Of a stretch of DNA of 64,000 nt, positions 38,153 through 50,433 are shown piece after piece (the first letter of the stretch is position 1; each line of letters opens with the position of its first letter). Source of the stretch: an uncultured Verrucomicrobiae bacterium (GTDB lineage Bacteria; Verrucomicrobiota; Verrucomicrobiia; Chthoniobacterales; UBA10450). The notes under the pieces are model-generated. The model saw only the letters and a list, made by a program, of their open reading frames with translations, was not told the DNA's origin and searched no databases. The translations under genes were made by a program, and so were the position numbers. Location: NCBI GenBank assembly GCA_963735805.1, contig CAVTMK010000002.1:192001-256000 (forward strand), written 5' to 3'.

Positions 38153-39955
38153 CTACAGCCTTCCCACTATGGACCGCAGGTTCCAGTCCGCCGCTTCGAG
38201 TTGCCGCCGCGCCGAATCGTAATCGCACTGCGCGAGATTAGCGACGACTCTCACGGCGCGGTCGCGCAGTTTCGCACTGGTGGTGTGCAGATCGATCATC
38301 AGGTTCCCGCGCACTTTGCCAAGCGCGACCATCGCTCCGGTGCTGACAATGTTTAGCGCAACCTTGGTCGCCGTTCCGGCCTTCAACCTGGTCGAGCCGG
38401 TCAAGATCTCGGGACCAACGGCAAGTGCTATCATAAGATCCGTACCGCTGTAACCACGGCCCTGTGGGTCGTCGCTTGGACCGGCCACAGGTCGGTGGTT
38501 ACAATGCGGATTGCACGTGAGCAGAATCGTTTTTGCGCCTAACGACTTTGCGCGGCCAACTGCACCGAGGACAAAAGGTGTGCGGCCGCTCGCGGTAATC
38601 CCGATGACAATATCGCCGTTTTTTATTCCTCTCTCCTGCATTACCAGTGCGCCTGCAGATTCTTCGTCTTCCGCACCTTCGACGCTGCGATAGAGCGCGG
38701 TCACCCCGCCGGCGATGATTCCCTGCACAAGGTCGGGCGAACCTCCAAAAGTTGGCGGGATTTCGCTTGCATCGAGGACGCCAATGCGGCCGCTGCTACC
38801 GGCGCCGACATAAAACAACCGGCCACGATTCCGCAGCGCTTCAGCCACCATTTCAATAGCTTTGGCGAGATCGGCAATAGTTCCACGTAGTGCGTCCTCG
38901 ACAAATTTCTCTTCCTCTACAAAAAGTTCCGCCAGTTGTCGTGCGTTCATTTTTTGCAGGTTCTCCGAACGCGGATTGCGCTGTTCAGTAAGCGCGGCGG
39001 CCAGATCTTCAATTTCCTTTTCAGAAAGCTTAGGCTGACTCTTAACGGGATCGCCCGTCTCCGCTGCAAGCCATGCGGAGCCGAGTTCCGGAGGACGCTC
39101 AACGATCGTCACGCGAGCATCGGGCAAATTTTTCTTGAGTCTGCGTCGAAAGGCGTGTGTGTAGATAGAGTCACGATGAAAGAGGCCGCCCATCAGCGCA
39201 ACTTTGGGCGCGAGCAGATGCAGACGAGTAGCTACCGCCTCGGTGTATTCGCAGAGTACGCGAGCGCCTTCTTCGACGATCTCATTCACACGCGCGTCGC
39301 CGCCAGCTGCGGCTTCGAACACCACCGGGGCCAGGGCGGCAATCTCCATTTTGTCTGCGGTTTGGGCCCAGCGAACAAGTTCATCCAGATTGTTCAACGA
39401 AAGCGCGCGCAGGATTTTCGCAGTGAACTGCATCACTCCGCAGTGCAGATCGTATTCGCGTAAGATCAGGCGCAGCGCTTCAATCGAGAGGAAATAACCG
39501 CCGCCGGTGTCACCCAAGATATGCCCCCAACCACCAGCCCTCTCGATTCGATCCCCGCGCCGACCGGTTACCGAAGATCCGCTTCCGGCATTGACCACAA
39601 TACCGTCACCATGGTCGAGGGCCGCCGCCAGTCCGGAATCACGATCACTGCCCGTCACGATTTTCGCATTTGGCCAAATATCCCTGCAAATGAGCGCGAG
39701 TGATCGGCGATCTGCCTCGGTCCCGCAGCCGGCGAGAAAAACTCCTGCACGCTCGATTTGTTTTGGCAACTCGGCCAAAATTTCGTGCAAACGTTCCGGA
39801 GTTGTCAGCCGGAGGTTAGATGGCGGCAGTTTGCCTTGATCGAGAATTCGAAATTCTGTGCCGGCGTCACCGCTGGAAATGATCGCCTCCACTAACACCC
39901 AGGCGGTTTTTGTTCCGCCTCCTTCGACACCGAGGATGCGCTCACCGGATTTCAC
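38153..39955 (-). CDS. murQ: BadF/NagK-type sugar kinase fused to N-acetylmuramic acid 6-phosphate etherase
   Basis: N-terminal GVEGGGTKT, AGSGS, GGWGHILGD; C-terminal GAGSSGRIGVLDASEIPPTF, GPEILTGSTRLKAGTA, GNLMID. Confidence 0.9.
   Translation of the reverse strand: MKSGERILGVEGGGTKTAWVLVEAIISSGDAGTEFRILDQGKLPPSNLRLTTPERLHEILAELPKQIERAGVFLAGCGTEADRRSLALICRDIWPNAKIVTGSDRDSGLAAALDHGDGIVVNAGSGSSVTGRRGDRIERAGGWGHILGDTGGGYFLSIEALRLILREYDLHCGVMQFTAKILRALSLNNLDELVRWAQTADKMEIAALAPVVFEAAAGGDARVNEIVEEGARVLCEYTEAVATRLHLLAPKVALMGGLFHRDSIYTHAFRRRLKKNLPDARVTIVERPPELGSAWLAAETGDPVKSQPKLSEKEIEDLAAALTEQRNPRSENLQKMNARQLAELFVEEEKFVEDALRGTIADLAKAIEMVAEALRNRGRLFYVGAGSSGRIGVLDASEIPPTFGGSPDLVQGIIAGGVTALYRSVEGAEDEESAGALVMQERGIKNGDIVIGITASGRTPFVLGAVGRAKSLGAKTILLTCNPHCNHRPVAGPSDDPQGRGYSGTDLMIALAVGPEILTGSTRLKAGTATKVALNIVSTGAMVALGKVRGNLMIDLHTTSAKLRDRAVRVVANLAQCDYDSARRQLEAADWNLRSIVGRL
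38449..38503. repeat. Palindromic REP-like element inside the murQ coding sequence
   Basis: Perfect 9-bp terminal inverted repeat TGTAACCAC/GTGGTTACA; inner CCTGTGG/CCACAGG. Confidence 0.65.
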
Positions 39956-40014
39956 GCCTTGTTATGCTTAACCGTTTTCGCTGGAAATTAAAAGCATTGT
40001 TGGCCTCGAGAAAT

Positions 40015-42310
<2,296 letters not shown>

Positions 42311-42352
42311 TCCCGCTGTGTGACGCTGGCTGGAGACTTTGCGATCGCCGAT

Positions 42353-43456
42353 TTACGGCATTGGCGGCTCGTCGGAACCTAGCGAAAGAGGTATTCCCTG
42401 GTTCATTCTGGGCGAAGCGGGAGAAGCAATTAACGGGTTGGCGCGACGACTGTCCGGATGAAGATCCGCGCGAACGTCAAAGCTCAGCTTCTGGTTGCCG
42501 CGTATGACCGTAACCGGGACAACGTCGCCAGCAGTGACGTAAAACGAAGCATCGATTACATCCTCGGCTCTGGCGATTCTTTTCTGCCCAAGCTGCAGGA
42601 GAATGTCGCCCTGTTTTATCCCGGACTTGGCCGCCGGTGTGCCCTCCACGATCTGGGTTATTTCCACTCGCGAGCCTTCCGCCGGTTTGGGTGCTTCCAA
42701 AACCTGACTGACTCCGATCCAGCCGTCCCGCACCTCACCAAAACGGACAAAATCGCTGCGGATTTTCTCCGCTGCTTCAATCGGAACAGCGTAACAAGCT
42801 GAATTGTTTTCGATACCGGCCACCACGATGCCGACAACGTCTCCTTTCATGTTCAATAGCGGCGAACCAGCTTCGCCACGCTGAGTCGGCAAATTGGCGC
42901 GCAGGTGGACCGTAGAAAAATACTGACCGAGATATTTGCGATCTAGTCCCCCGATCAGCCCGAAATTGGGTGTCTCCGGTAAATCCAATGGGTATCCAAT
43001 CGCGATCACCGGCGTCGCCACCTCCATCTCCTCCGATTTACCCGCTGTCAGCGCTGGAGTGACAGCATCGATCTTCAAAATGGCGATTCCGCTGCGGAGG
43101 TCCTTTACCAACTGACGCGCGGGATATTTCCTTCCATTAAATTCGATCGTAAAATCTTCTGCTTCGCCGCCCACTGTATACGCCGTGTAGAGTGTGCCTG
43201 TTGGATCGATAAAAAATCCGGTGCCGCAAATTGGGCTGTGTTCATCGACACCATGAATCTTGACCACTGCTTTGGCGGCGCGATCAAAAATCTCTTTCAC
43301 CTGATGGCTAATCGCTGTAGCCGAGGCGGCCTGTGCCATGGCGCGCTGAAACATATCCTGGGGCCTATTCCCGGTCGTCCCGGCAGATTGCTGCTGTGCA
43401 AAGAGGAACGGAACGCCTGAACAGAAAATCACTGCAAATACAGCTTTACGAAGCAT
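42353..43456 (-). CDS. HtrA-like trypsin + PDZ protein lacking the catalytic triad (pseudoprotease)
   Basis: GTGFFI, IAIGYPL and PDZ present; triad positions read TAYTV, SGIAILKI, GEAGSP. Confidence 0.8.
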   Translation of the reverse strand: MLRKAVFAVIFCSGVPFLFAQQQSAGTTGNRPQDMFQRAMAQAASATAISHQVKEIFDRAAKAVVKIHGVDEHSPICGTGFFIDPTGTLYTAYTVGGEAEDFTIEFNGRKYPARQLVKDLRSGIAILKIDAVTPALTAGKSEEMEVATPVIAIGYPLDLPETPNFGLIGGLDRKYLGQYFSTVHLRANLPTQRGEAGSPLLNMKGDVVGIVVAGIENNSACYAVPIEAAEKIRSDFVRFGEVRDGWIGVSQVLEAPKPAEGSRVEITQIVEGTPAAKSGIKQGDILLQLGQKRIARAEDVIDASFYVTAGDVVPVTVIRGNQKLSFDVRADLHPDSRRANPLIASPASPRMNQGIPLSLGSDEPPMP

Positions 43457-43529
43457 ACCAAGGCGCGAACTCTTAGCGTGCGTTACTGGATTGCGCAACC
43501 CGCCTGAGTCGAGTTGTCTTTTCTGCGGC

Positions 43530-44018
43530 CTAAAATCTGAAAGTCGGCTCATAACTCACGGGGACGCTATCGAGTACGTAGCGCGTCGGGGCTGCGACTC
43601 GGTGAGTCTGGGCGCTTTCACTAAAGCTGCGAAGCGGCTGCGTCCTGATCCGGACGATTCCGGGAGACGCAAGCGTCAATTCTTCTTCAGCATTCGCTGG
43701 CGCTGATAAGACCGGCGGACTCTGGAGAGCGACACGAGCTGCGTCCGGTTGCTGATAAATCTTTAATGAAATGACTGCGGCGCAGACCAGCACTGCCGCG
43801 ACGGCAGCCGGATACGAGGCAAGGGAACGAACATCCAGGCGGAGCATGAGACCGTGAGCGCGTTCAAGACAAATGCGCCACAGCGGCTGGCGAAGCATTT
43901 CATCACGCTGCCGGCGATGAAATTCATGAAGGAAATTCTCGAAATAGCCTGGTGGCGGTTGCTCGTAGCGCTTCAATCGAAGCAGCCTCGCAATTTCGTT
44001 ATCGTTAAACTCGTCCAT
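43530..44018 (-). CDS. Putative single-TM anti-sigma factor
   Basis: Directly follows the ECF sigma gene; soluble N-terminus, one TM helix, short C-terminal tail. Confidence 0.6.
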   Translation of the reverse strand: MDEFNDNEIARLLRLKRYEQPPPGYFENFLHEFHRRQRDEMLRQPLWRICLERAHGLMLRLDVRSLASYPAAVAAVLVCAAVISLKIYQQPDAARVALQSPPVLSAPANAEEELTLASPGIVRIRTQPLRSFSESAQTHRVAAPTRYVLDSVPVSYEPTFRF

Positions 44019-44031
44019 TTTTCAGCGCGGA

Positions 44032-44718
44032 TTAAGAGACAGGATTTTTCCGAAATTCATCCAGATAATTCTGTAGCTGCCGATTCGCGTAGAAGAGCCT
44101 CGAACGTACCGTTCCTTCCGAAACGCGCAAGATTTTACTGATCTCAGCGTGGGGCATCCCCTGGATATGGAACATGGTAACCACAGCTCTGTGTTCATCA
44201 GACAATTTCATCATGGCCTCGTTCAATCTTCGCTGCAGCTCGGACAGGTCCGCTTCGCGCACCGGACTACTGGTGGCCGTGCTCTCCAGGAATTCCTTGT
44301 CGTTTTGAATACTGGCATCAACGTCATCCAGGCTCAGTTGAAAACGTCGGCCGCGTTTTTTGAGAAAATTGAGCGTCATATTCACGGAAATGGAATGAAT
44401 CCAAGTGTAAAAGGACGATTTGCCACGGAAGCCGCGGATGGCGCGGTAGGCTTTGGCAAAAATGTCCTGCAAAAGATCGTTCGTGTCCTCGTGATTGGAG
44501 GTCATGTTGTAAACCAGACCGTAAAGACGCGGCGTGTATTTGATGACCAGTTCATCGAAAGCACTGGCATCGCCCGATTGCGTTCGCGTTACCAACTCCT
44601 GATCTGGATCGACCCTTGGCTGGTCCATTGTCTCGCGCCTAGACTTAGCACGAGCCTGGAGACCGGACGACAACAAATCAGAGATCCGTCGAGCAGGTAA
44701 CGTGAGAGCTTGGTCCAT
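44032..44718 (-). CDS. ECF RNA polymerase sigma factor (RpoE-like)
   Basis: GDASAFDELV, DLLQDIF, FRGKSSFYTW, SEGTVRSRL; alternative start at 44628. Confidence 0.92.
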   Translation of the reverse strand: MDQALTLPARRISDLLSSGLQARAKSRRETMDQPRVDPDQELVTRTQSGDASAFDELVIKYTPRLYGLVYNMTSNHEDTNDLLQDIFAKAYRAIRGFRGKSSFYTWIHSISVNMTLNFLKKRGRRFQLSLDDVDASIQNDKEFLESTATSSPVREADLSELQRRLNEAMMKLSDEHRAVVTMFHIQGMPHAEISKILRVSEGTVRSRLFYANRQLQNYLDEFRKNPVS

Positions 44719-44735
44719 TTAAATAATGCGATCGA

Positions 44736-45428
44736 TCAGCGCCGATCGCGGATCGACAGTAGCCAGAGCAGGTTGCCCAACGCCGCGATGAACGCCGCCA
44801 CATACGTAAGCGCAGCTGCGTTGAGGACCTTGTTCACGCCCACCACTTCCTCTCCTGGCTGGACGATCCCCATTTGTTGCAAAATGATCTTTGCTCGCCG
44901 CGAGGCGTCGAATTCCACGGGTAGCGTGATTACTTGGAAGACCAGTAGAATCGCATAACAATATATGCCGATTGTGATCAAGCCGGTAATGTGAAAGAAC
45001 AATCCACCCAGGATCACGAACGGCAGCATTTGTGACGCGACCATTGTCACCGGCACAATCGCCATTCGTGCCTTCAGGGGCGCGTACGCTTTCGCGTGTT
45101 GAATTGCGTGCCCGGTCTCATGTGCTGCAATGCCCAACGCCGCTACCGACGGCGTGTTGTAAACGCTGGTGGAAAGATGCAGCTTCTTGTCCCTTGGATC
45201 GTAGTGGTCTCCGAGAAAATCGTTCGTTTCCACTACATCGACATCGTGAATTTGCGCTGCTTGCAGAATTTCCCGCGCACATTCGGCACCGGTAATGTTC
45301 GAGCTCGCACGCACCTCACCCCATTTTCGAAATGCGCTGGTAACCCGAATTTGTGCCCAAATCCCAATGATCAACGGGACGCCAATATAGAGCAGCCAAT
45401 GAGATCCAAAACCGAAACCGTAATACAT
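44736..45428 (-). CDS. Membrane zinc metallopeptidase (YugP-like)
   Basis: DHYDP, AAHETGHAIQH, TLPVEFDAS, AAALTYVAA. Confidence 0.92.
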   Translation of the reverse strand: MYYGFGFGSHWLLYIGVPLIIGIWAQIRVTSAFRKWGEVRASSNITGAECAREILQAAQIHDVDVVETNDFLGDHYDPRDKKLHLSTSVYNTPSVAALGIAAHETGHAIQHAKAYAPLKARMAIVPVTMVASQMLPFVILGGLFFHITGLITIGIYCYAILLVFQVITLPVEFDASRRAKIILQQMGIVQPGEEVVGVNKVLNAAALTYVAAFIAALGNLLWLLSIRDRR

Positions 45429-45483
45429 ACCGAGGTTAATTTAACGTATCGAGGTCACTTGTCACACCACTGGCTCGAAACAA

Positions 45484-45511
45484 TTAGACGCGTAATCGCG
45501 GCCTTCGTTCA
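45484..45511 (-). promoter_or_regulatory. Putative ECF-sigma promoter of the yugP-sigma operon
   Basis: Minus strand GAAC-N16-CGTCTAA. Confidence 0.55.
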
Positions 45512-45606
45512 TTCAGAAGTGGGTTGGGCTCAGTCAATCTATACAAGAGGTTGGCGCCGAACGTGCATCTGGCGTCAGCAACGCTCTGAGGACAGTGCCG
45601 TTTCGC

Positions 45607-46740
45607 CTAGATTTCCAACTGCTTTGGAAACCGAGACAGGACATTGCAACCCTTTTTGGTAACCACGACTACGTCTTCCAGTCGGACCCCGCCGAGTCCC
45701 GGGTAATAAAGGCCAGGCTCAACAGTCACCACCTGGCGATCTTTTAGAATAACCTTTTGCAAGCGTGGATGCTCGTGGATTTCCAGTCCAAGACCGTGCC
45801 CGGTGCCGTGAAAGAATCCGACGCGTCGACCCCTGCGCACTTCGGTTGGAAAACCGCGCTGGGCGAATAACTCCTGAATGGCTTTATGAATCGTCATTCC
45901 ATCGACTCCTGCCTTGATTCTCTTTAAAGCCAGCACCTGGCCGGCCTTCACCGCCTCCCAAAGCTTCCGCTGAGCTTCGCTCGCCCGCCCGCGCAAAACG
46001 GTGCGGGTCATGTCGCCAAAATATCCTGTCCTCGCGTCGCGCGGAAAAACATCGAGGATAATCAACGAGTCTGCGTAAAGCGGACCGTAACCGCGCTCAT
46101 GCGGGTCGCACGCCTGGTCGCCACCGGCGACGATGGTACCGGTGGGAATACCGCCGGCATGTAAGATCGTCGAATCAATTTCAGCCCGGAGCATTTCGGA
46201 GGTCAGCGCCTTGCCTCTCCAGCGCAGCCGTTTCCCAGCGCCGGCCTTGGACGCTCTCAAAACTTCGATGCCGCGTTTGAGTCCTCTCTCGGTAATTCGC
46301 AAGGCCTGGCCGATCATTTCCACTTCCTTTTCCGATTTCGCTTCGCGCTCCGGCCAGAAAAATCCGTTTGTTGCGCGAACACGGATTTTGTTTGCGGTAA
46401 GTTCGTCCGCGTAAGCAAGTGAAAAATTTGCGGGCACGGCTACGGATCTTACGCCCCGTTTTTTAAGGAAGTGTGCAAGGACTTTTTCATAAGAGGGCGC
46501 TTTTTTGGATTTCCCCTGCACTTCGCGCTCGAGCTCGCTAAACATGACGAATTCATTCGCATTGGCTTGCTTGCGGCTGCGATCGATTTCCAAATCGCTA
46601 AGGACGAGGGTGCGCTTGCCATTGCGTTCCAGAAAGATGAATGGATCTGGTGCCCAAAATTTCGTTGCGTAAAACATGTCGGCGTCTGTATCGCTGCTTG
46701 CGACAATTAGGCGTGCCGGTTTTGTTTTTCGTTTAGTCAT
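45607..46740 (-). CDS. Xaa-Pro aminopeptidase (M24 family)
   Basis: ILDVFP, GDMTRT, HGTGHGLGLEIHEHP, TVEPGLY, RLED. Confidence 0.92.
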   Translation of the reverse strand: MTKRKTKPARLIVASSDTDADMFYATKFWAPDPFIFLERNGKRTLVLSDLEIDRSRKQANANEFVMFSELEREVQGKSKKAPSYEKVLAHFLKKRGVRSVAVPANFSLAYADELTANKIRVRATNGFFWPEREAKSEKEVEMIGQALRITERGLKRGIEVLRASKAGAGKRLRWRGKALTSEMLRAEIDSTILHAGGIPTGTIVAGGDQACDPHERGYGPLYADSLIILDVFPRDARTGYFGDMTRTVLRGRASEAQRKLWEAVKAGQVLALKRIKAGVDGMTIHKAIQELFAQRGFPTEVRRGRRVGFFHGTGHGLGLEIHEHPRLQKVILKDRQVVTVEPGLYYPGLGGVRLEDVVVVTKKGCNVLSRFPKQLEI

Positions 46741-46824
46741 TCCCTCTTGTTACGCCGATTGGCGTTGTAGGCAACCCGTCGGCCGCAAACTGTCGGAGCA
46801 GGCCGAGCGCCCGTCATGCGAAGA

Positions 46825-49800
46825 CTAGCTTCGTCTCACTTCGAGTTCTCTTCGTAAGATCCAATGCAACAGCCCAAGCAATCCGAGCGTTGATAAAATC
46901 AAGACAGCCGTGTTGAAGAAAAAGATACCAAAATTGATCCCGAAATATCGTTTCTGCGCGCCGAAAAATACGTTCGGCTTGTTCCCCCGACGGTAATCGC
47001 TTTGATCCATCTCGGCGTTTGAGATCAGGTCTGAGACCTTCTGGTTCACATAGATTTGCTCGGCCGTGATCGGGCCGTTCGCGTCCTTGAAAAGGGCGCG
47101 GTCGAAGGGCCGTTTGCCGCTTAGCACTGGATCGATCAGGTGCAGGTAGTGATCCACGTCGCGCGGGGACTTACCCTCCAATCCCGAGAGCAGCGCCAGT
47201 ACGTCCTTCAGGTCGTCAAGTCGTTGGCGTTTCTCTGGACTGTTGGCCTGAGGGGCGAGGCGTTGAATCTCGTCGTTGGCCCGATCCTGTCTCCGCGTGA
47301 GCGGATTAAGCTTCGCCTGCGCGACAATCATCTCCTCGTACGACCAGCGCATGGCGATGAATTGACAGACGAACGGCACCTGCAATTTGCTCTCCGTCTT
47401 CCTGGTCTTCTCCGTGTTTGGATGTTCCTGGACCCAACGCGAAAGCGTCCACAGAAGCGTGAGGTTCCGGTTCATGTCCTCATATTTGATGAGAGCGCCC
47501 CCCATGATGATCTGCGGAATTAGGACAAGCGGTACGATGTTTGCCGCCGTCTTCGGATCGGCCACCAATGAAGAGATAAGTAGCCCAAGAGCGACACCAC
47601 CCATGGCGGTCATGAACATGATCCCGAGGTCGAGCCAGAACATTCCGCGAATTTGCAGAATGTAATTGCCAATCAGGACAAACAGGACGCATTGAACAAG
47701 GGCGAATACTCCGAGCGTGAGCGTTTTCGAGACGACGTAGTACGACAAACGAACGTTGACGTTTCGCTCGCGTTGCAGCACCGGTCGATCCCGAATGATG
47801 TCGTCGGCGCTGTTGGTTAGGCCGAGAAACATCGCGACAATCAGGCCGAGGAACAGGAACGTCGGAATATGATAGGCGGAAGCAAAATCGTATATCCCGC
47901 TCTCCGAATAGCGCAGGATGGTCGCAATCAGCATCGCCAGTACAGGCGAAACCCCGATGGTGATCACCATATTGGCGCGGTTGCGCATTTTGCTTACAAA
48001 CGCGCGCCGCAGCACGGTGCGAAATTGCGTCCATTCATCGTGCCAACGAAGTGGCAGCCGCTTTTTCTGAACGGGCGCCACTGGCAACGCAGATGGCTCT
48101 TCTTTCCGCAGAGAAACCTGTTTGACGTCCTGAATCAGGCGAAACGCTTCATATTTGTCGCGCCAGAATTCCGGCGAATAACGACGCGCTGCAACAAGCT
48201 GGCCACGGCTGTTTTCTTCGTAAATGATGTCTCCACTCAGGTCGCGCAGCGGCGTCTCCAGCACATCGAAAATAAATTCCGGGCGCGTTGTACCACAGGC
48301 CGGACACGCGCCCAGCTCCGCCCCAAACTGATGTTGGTGTTCCGCTTCAGCGAAATAGCGCAACATGTCGGAAGGCGCTCCGAAAAAGACCAGGCGGCCG
48401 CCTTTGTCGAGCAGGATCGCCTTGTGAAACATCTGGAAAATTTTCGAACTCGGCTGATGAATGGTGACGATAACGATTTTGTTGTGCGCCATGCTCCGAA
48501 TAATTTCCATGACGTGCTCGGAATCCTTTGAGGAAAGGCCGGAGGTCGGTTCATCGAACAGATAAACGTCCGACATCCCGATCATATCGAGCCCGATGTT
48601 AAGACGTTTTCGCTCGCCGCCGCTGAGCGTTTTGCTTTCCGGGCTGCCGACAACTGCATCACGCCGTTCACCGAGCCCGAGCTCGACTAGTTTGGCATCC
48701 AGACGGCGATTGCGATCGCGGCGTGAGAGATGCGGCGCGCGAATTGCCGCCGCAAACAATAGATTTTCGCCGATGGTGAGATGTTCGTCGAAAGCGTCCT
48801 GTTGAGGCATATAACTCAGATAGTGCTTCAGGGCGTCGAGATTTTGATAGAGCGATTGTCCATTGAGGAGGACTTCGCCGCTGCTGGGCTGAAGCTGGCC
48901 AGCCAGCACTCTCATGAGCGTGCTCTTTCCGCAGCCACTGGCGCCCATCACGCACACGAGTTCGCCCCGCGCGATGCTAAAGGAGATTCCCTCGAGACCA
49001 ATCTGGCCCTTGCCAAATCGGTGCGTGATTTCGTTGGCCTCGAGAGTGCGAATGATATTGCGCTCTTCTTCGATGATTCTTTCCGAAAAATTGCATCGTA
49101 GAAATTGGCCGATATCGATTCGAATGGTGTCGCCGTCTTTGAGTGGCGCCGTGGTGCGCACGACAGTGTCACCCACCATGATCGGACGATCCGCTTCGAT
49201 GACCTCCAGCTGACCCACTCGCCGATCGTAATCGCAGAAAATCTTCAACAGCACGTCGCCGCTCGTGCCAGGGGAAAGAAGAATATCGTCAGCCTGCAGC
49301 CGGCTCGGTTCATTCGAAACCAGATACTCCGATTTGGAGGCCTTTAGTTGAAACCGGCCACCCAGGGCGCGCGCCCGTCGGCGCAGGTCATTCAAATCCA
49401 TCTCGCTGTTGTTGCGGAAGACGATCCTGTCTTCTAAAGCCGCATCGACCTGCGTCCCGGCCTTTAACTTCACGCCGTTGAGCTCGGCGTCCACATCACG
49501 CAAAGCCGTCACGCGAACCTTCAATCCGAAAGTGACCCGGAGCGCGCTTTCGCGTGTTCGCGAGCGTTCCAATCCCACCTCATCCGAGTCTCTGTTTACA
49601 CGAATGAAAATCTGCGGAAGCGAAACGTTCTTCTTTGCATTGAAAAATTGCGCCAGCTCCTGATAGCTAAGCACCTGATCGCCCACCAGGATGCGCTGCC
49701 CGGGATAAATTCGGCAAAAACCGCCACGCACCAACGGTCTTCCACGGACCGAGACGGTTTGGTCGCTGTAATTTTTTAGCAAAATCAGTTCGTGATAGCG

Positions 49801-50433
49801 AAAAGCCATCAAACGATCGGTGTCGTTCAGATTTTTAAGCGTTACGTCGGCCTTCCCGTCGGGACCGAAAGAAAGCGACTCCAGCGGTGACGCGCCATGC
49901 TGATAGATCGACGGATCGGAATCTTCCGAGGCGTTGAGTTGATAAACGATGTCGATCGCCTGCGCAGCCATCCCCATCTGCGACATGAACGAATAGAACG
50001 CAACAACCTGTTCCTGCTTCAAACCGGCTTGCGATATCAGGTCGTATAGTTGGACCCCAAGCATGATTTTGCGGTCTGTGCTCACTTGCGCGCCGAGCTT
50101 TTGCGCCATCGCAGCCAGGTCTTGCTGCTCGTAAAGTGCCTGCCGAAATAATTGTCGCAGCTCGGAGTAAACCGCCTCCGGATAATCGTACCGGAGAAAG
50201 CCAAGGCTTGAGTCGATCTCTTCCTCAAGCAGAACACCGTCTGCTTTCGTAAAGCTCGCAAGCACCTGGATTAACACGGGCAGCATATTCGGCCCCTCCG
50301 CGACGCTTCGAGGCTTGCGCAACGCTCGACGCACCCAGCGGCGCCCAGTGCGACGCACTCGATAGGCAAGGGGCGTGACACGCTGTACAGCGCGGTCGAT
50401 CTTATCTGCGACTGATGAGACGAGCTCTGTCAT
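46825..50433 (-). CDS. Large fused ABC transporter (TerB-like N-terminus, beta-rich middle region, ATPase, ABC-2 membrane domain)
   Basis: ADGVLLEEEI; GASGCGKST, LSGGERKR, DEPTSGL, TIHQP; CPACG; C-terminal TM helices. Confidence 0.85.
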   Translation of the reverse strand: MTELVSSVADKIDRAVQRVTPLAYRVRRTGRRWVRRALRKPRSVAEGPNMLPVLIQVLASFTKADGVLLEEEIDSSLGFLRYDYPEAVYSELRQLFRQALYEQQDLAAMAQKLGAQVSTDRKIMLGVQLYDLISQAGLKQEQVVAFYSFMSQMGMAAQAIDIVYQLNASEDSDPSIYQHGASPLESLSFGPDGKADVTLKNLNDTDRLMAFRYHELILLKNYSDQTVSVRGRPLVRGGFCRIYPGQRILVGDQVLSYQELAQFFNAKKNVSLPQIFIRVNRDSDEVGLERSRTRESALRVTFGLKVRVTALRDVDAELNGVKLKAGTQVDAALEDRIVFRNNSEMDLNDLRRRARALGGRFQLKASKSEYLVSNEPSRLQADDILLSPGTSGDVLLKIFCDYDRRVGQLEVIEADRPIMVGDTVVRTTAPLKDGDTIRIDIGQFLRCNFSERIIEEERNIIRTLEANEITHRFGKGQIGLEGISFSIARGELVCVMGASGCGKSTLMRVLAGQLQPSSGEVLLNGQSLYQNLDALKHYLSYMPQQDAFDEHLTIGENLLFAAAIRAPHLSRRDRNRRLDAKLVELGLGERRDAVVGSPESKTLSGGERKRLNIGLDMIGMSDVYLFDEPTSGLSSKDSEHVMEIIRSMAHNKIVIVTIHQPSSKIFQMFHKAILLDKGGRLVFFGAPSDMLRYFAEAEHQHQFGAELGACPACGTTRPEFIFDVLETPLRDLSGDIIYEENSRGQLVAARRYSPEFWRDKYEAFRLIQDVKQVSLRKEEPSALPVAPVQKKRLPLRWHDEWTQFRTVLRRAFVSKMRNRANMVITIGVSPVLAMLIATILRYSESGIYDFASAYHIPTFLFLGLIVAMFLGLTNSADDIIRDRPVLQRERNVNVRLSYYVVSKTLTLGVFALVQCVLFVLIGNYILQIRGMFWLDLGIMFMTAMGGVALGLLISSLVADPKTAANIVPLVLIPQIIMGGALIKYEDMNRNLTLLWTLSRWVQEHPNTEKTRKTESKLQVPFVCQFIAMRWSYEEMIVAQAKLNPLTRRQDRANDEIQRLAPQANSPEKRQRLDDLKDVLALLSGLEGKSPRDVDHYLHLIDPVLSGKRPFDRALFKDANGPITAEQIYVNQKVSDLISNAEMDQSDYRRGNKPNVFFGAQKRYFGINFGIFFFNTAVLILSTLGLLGLLHWILRRELEVRRS

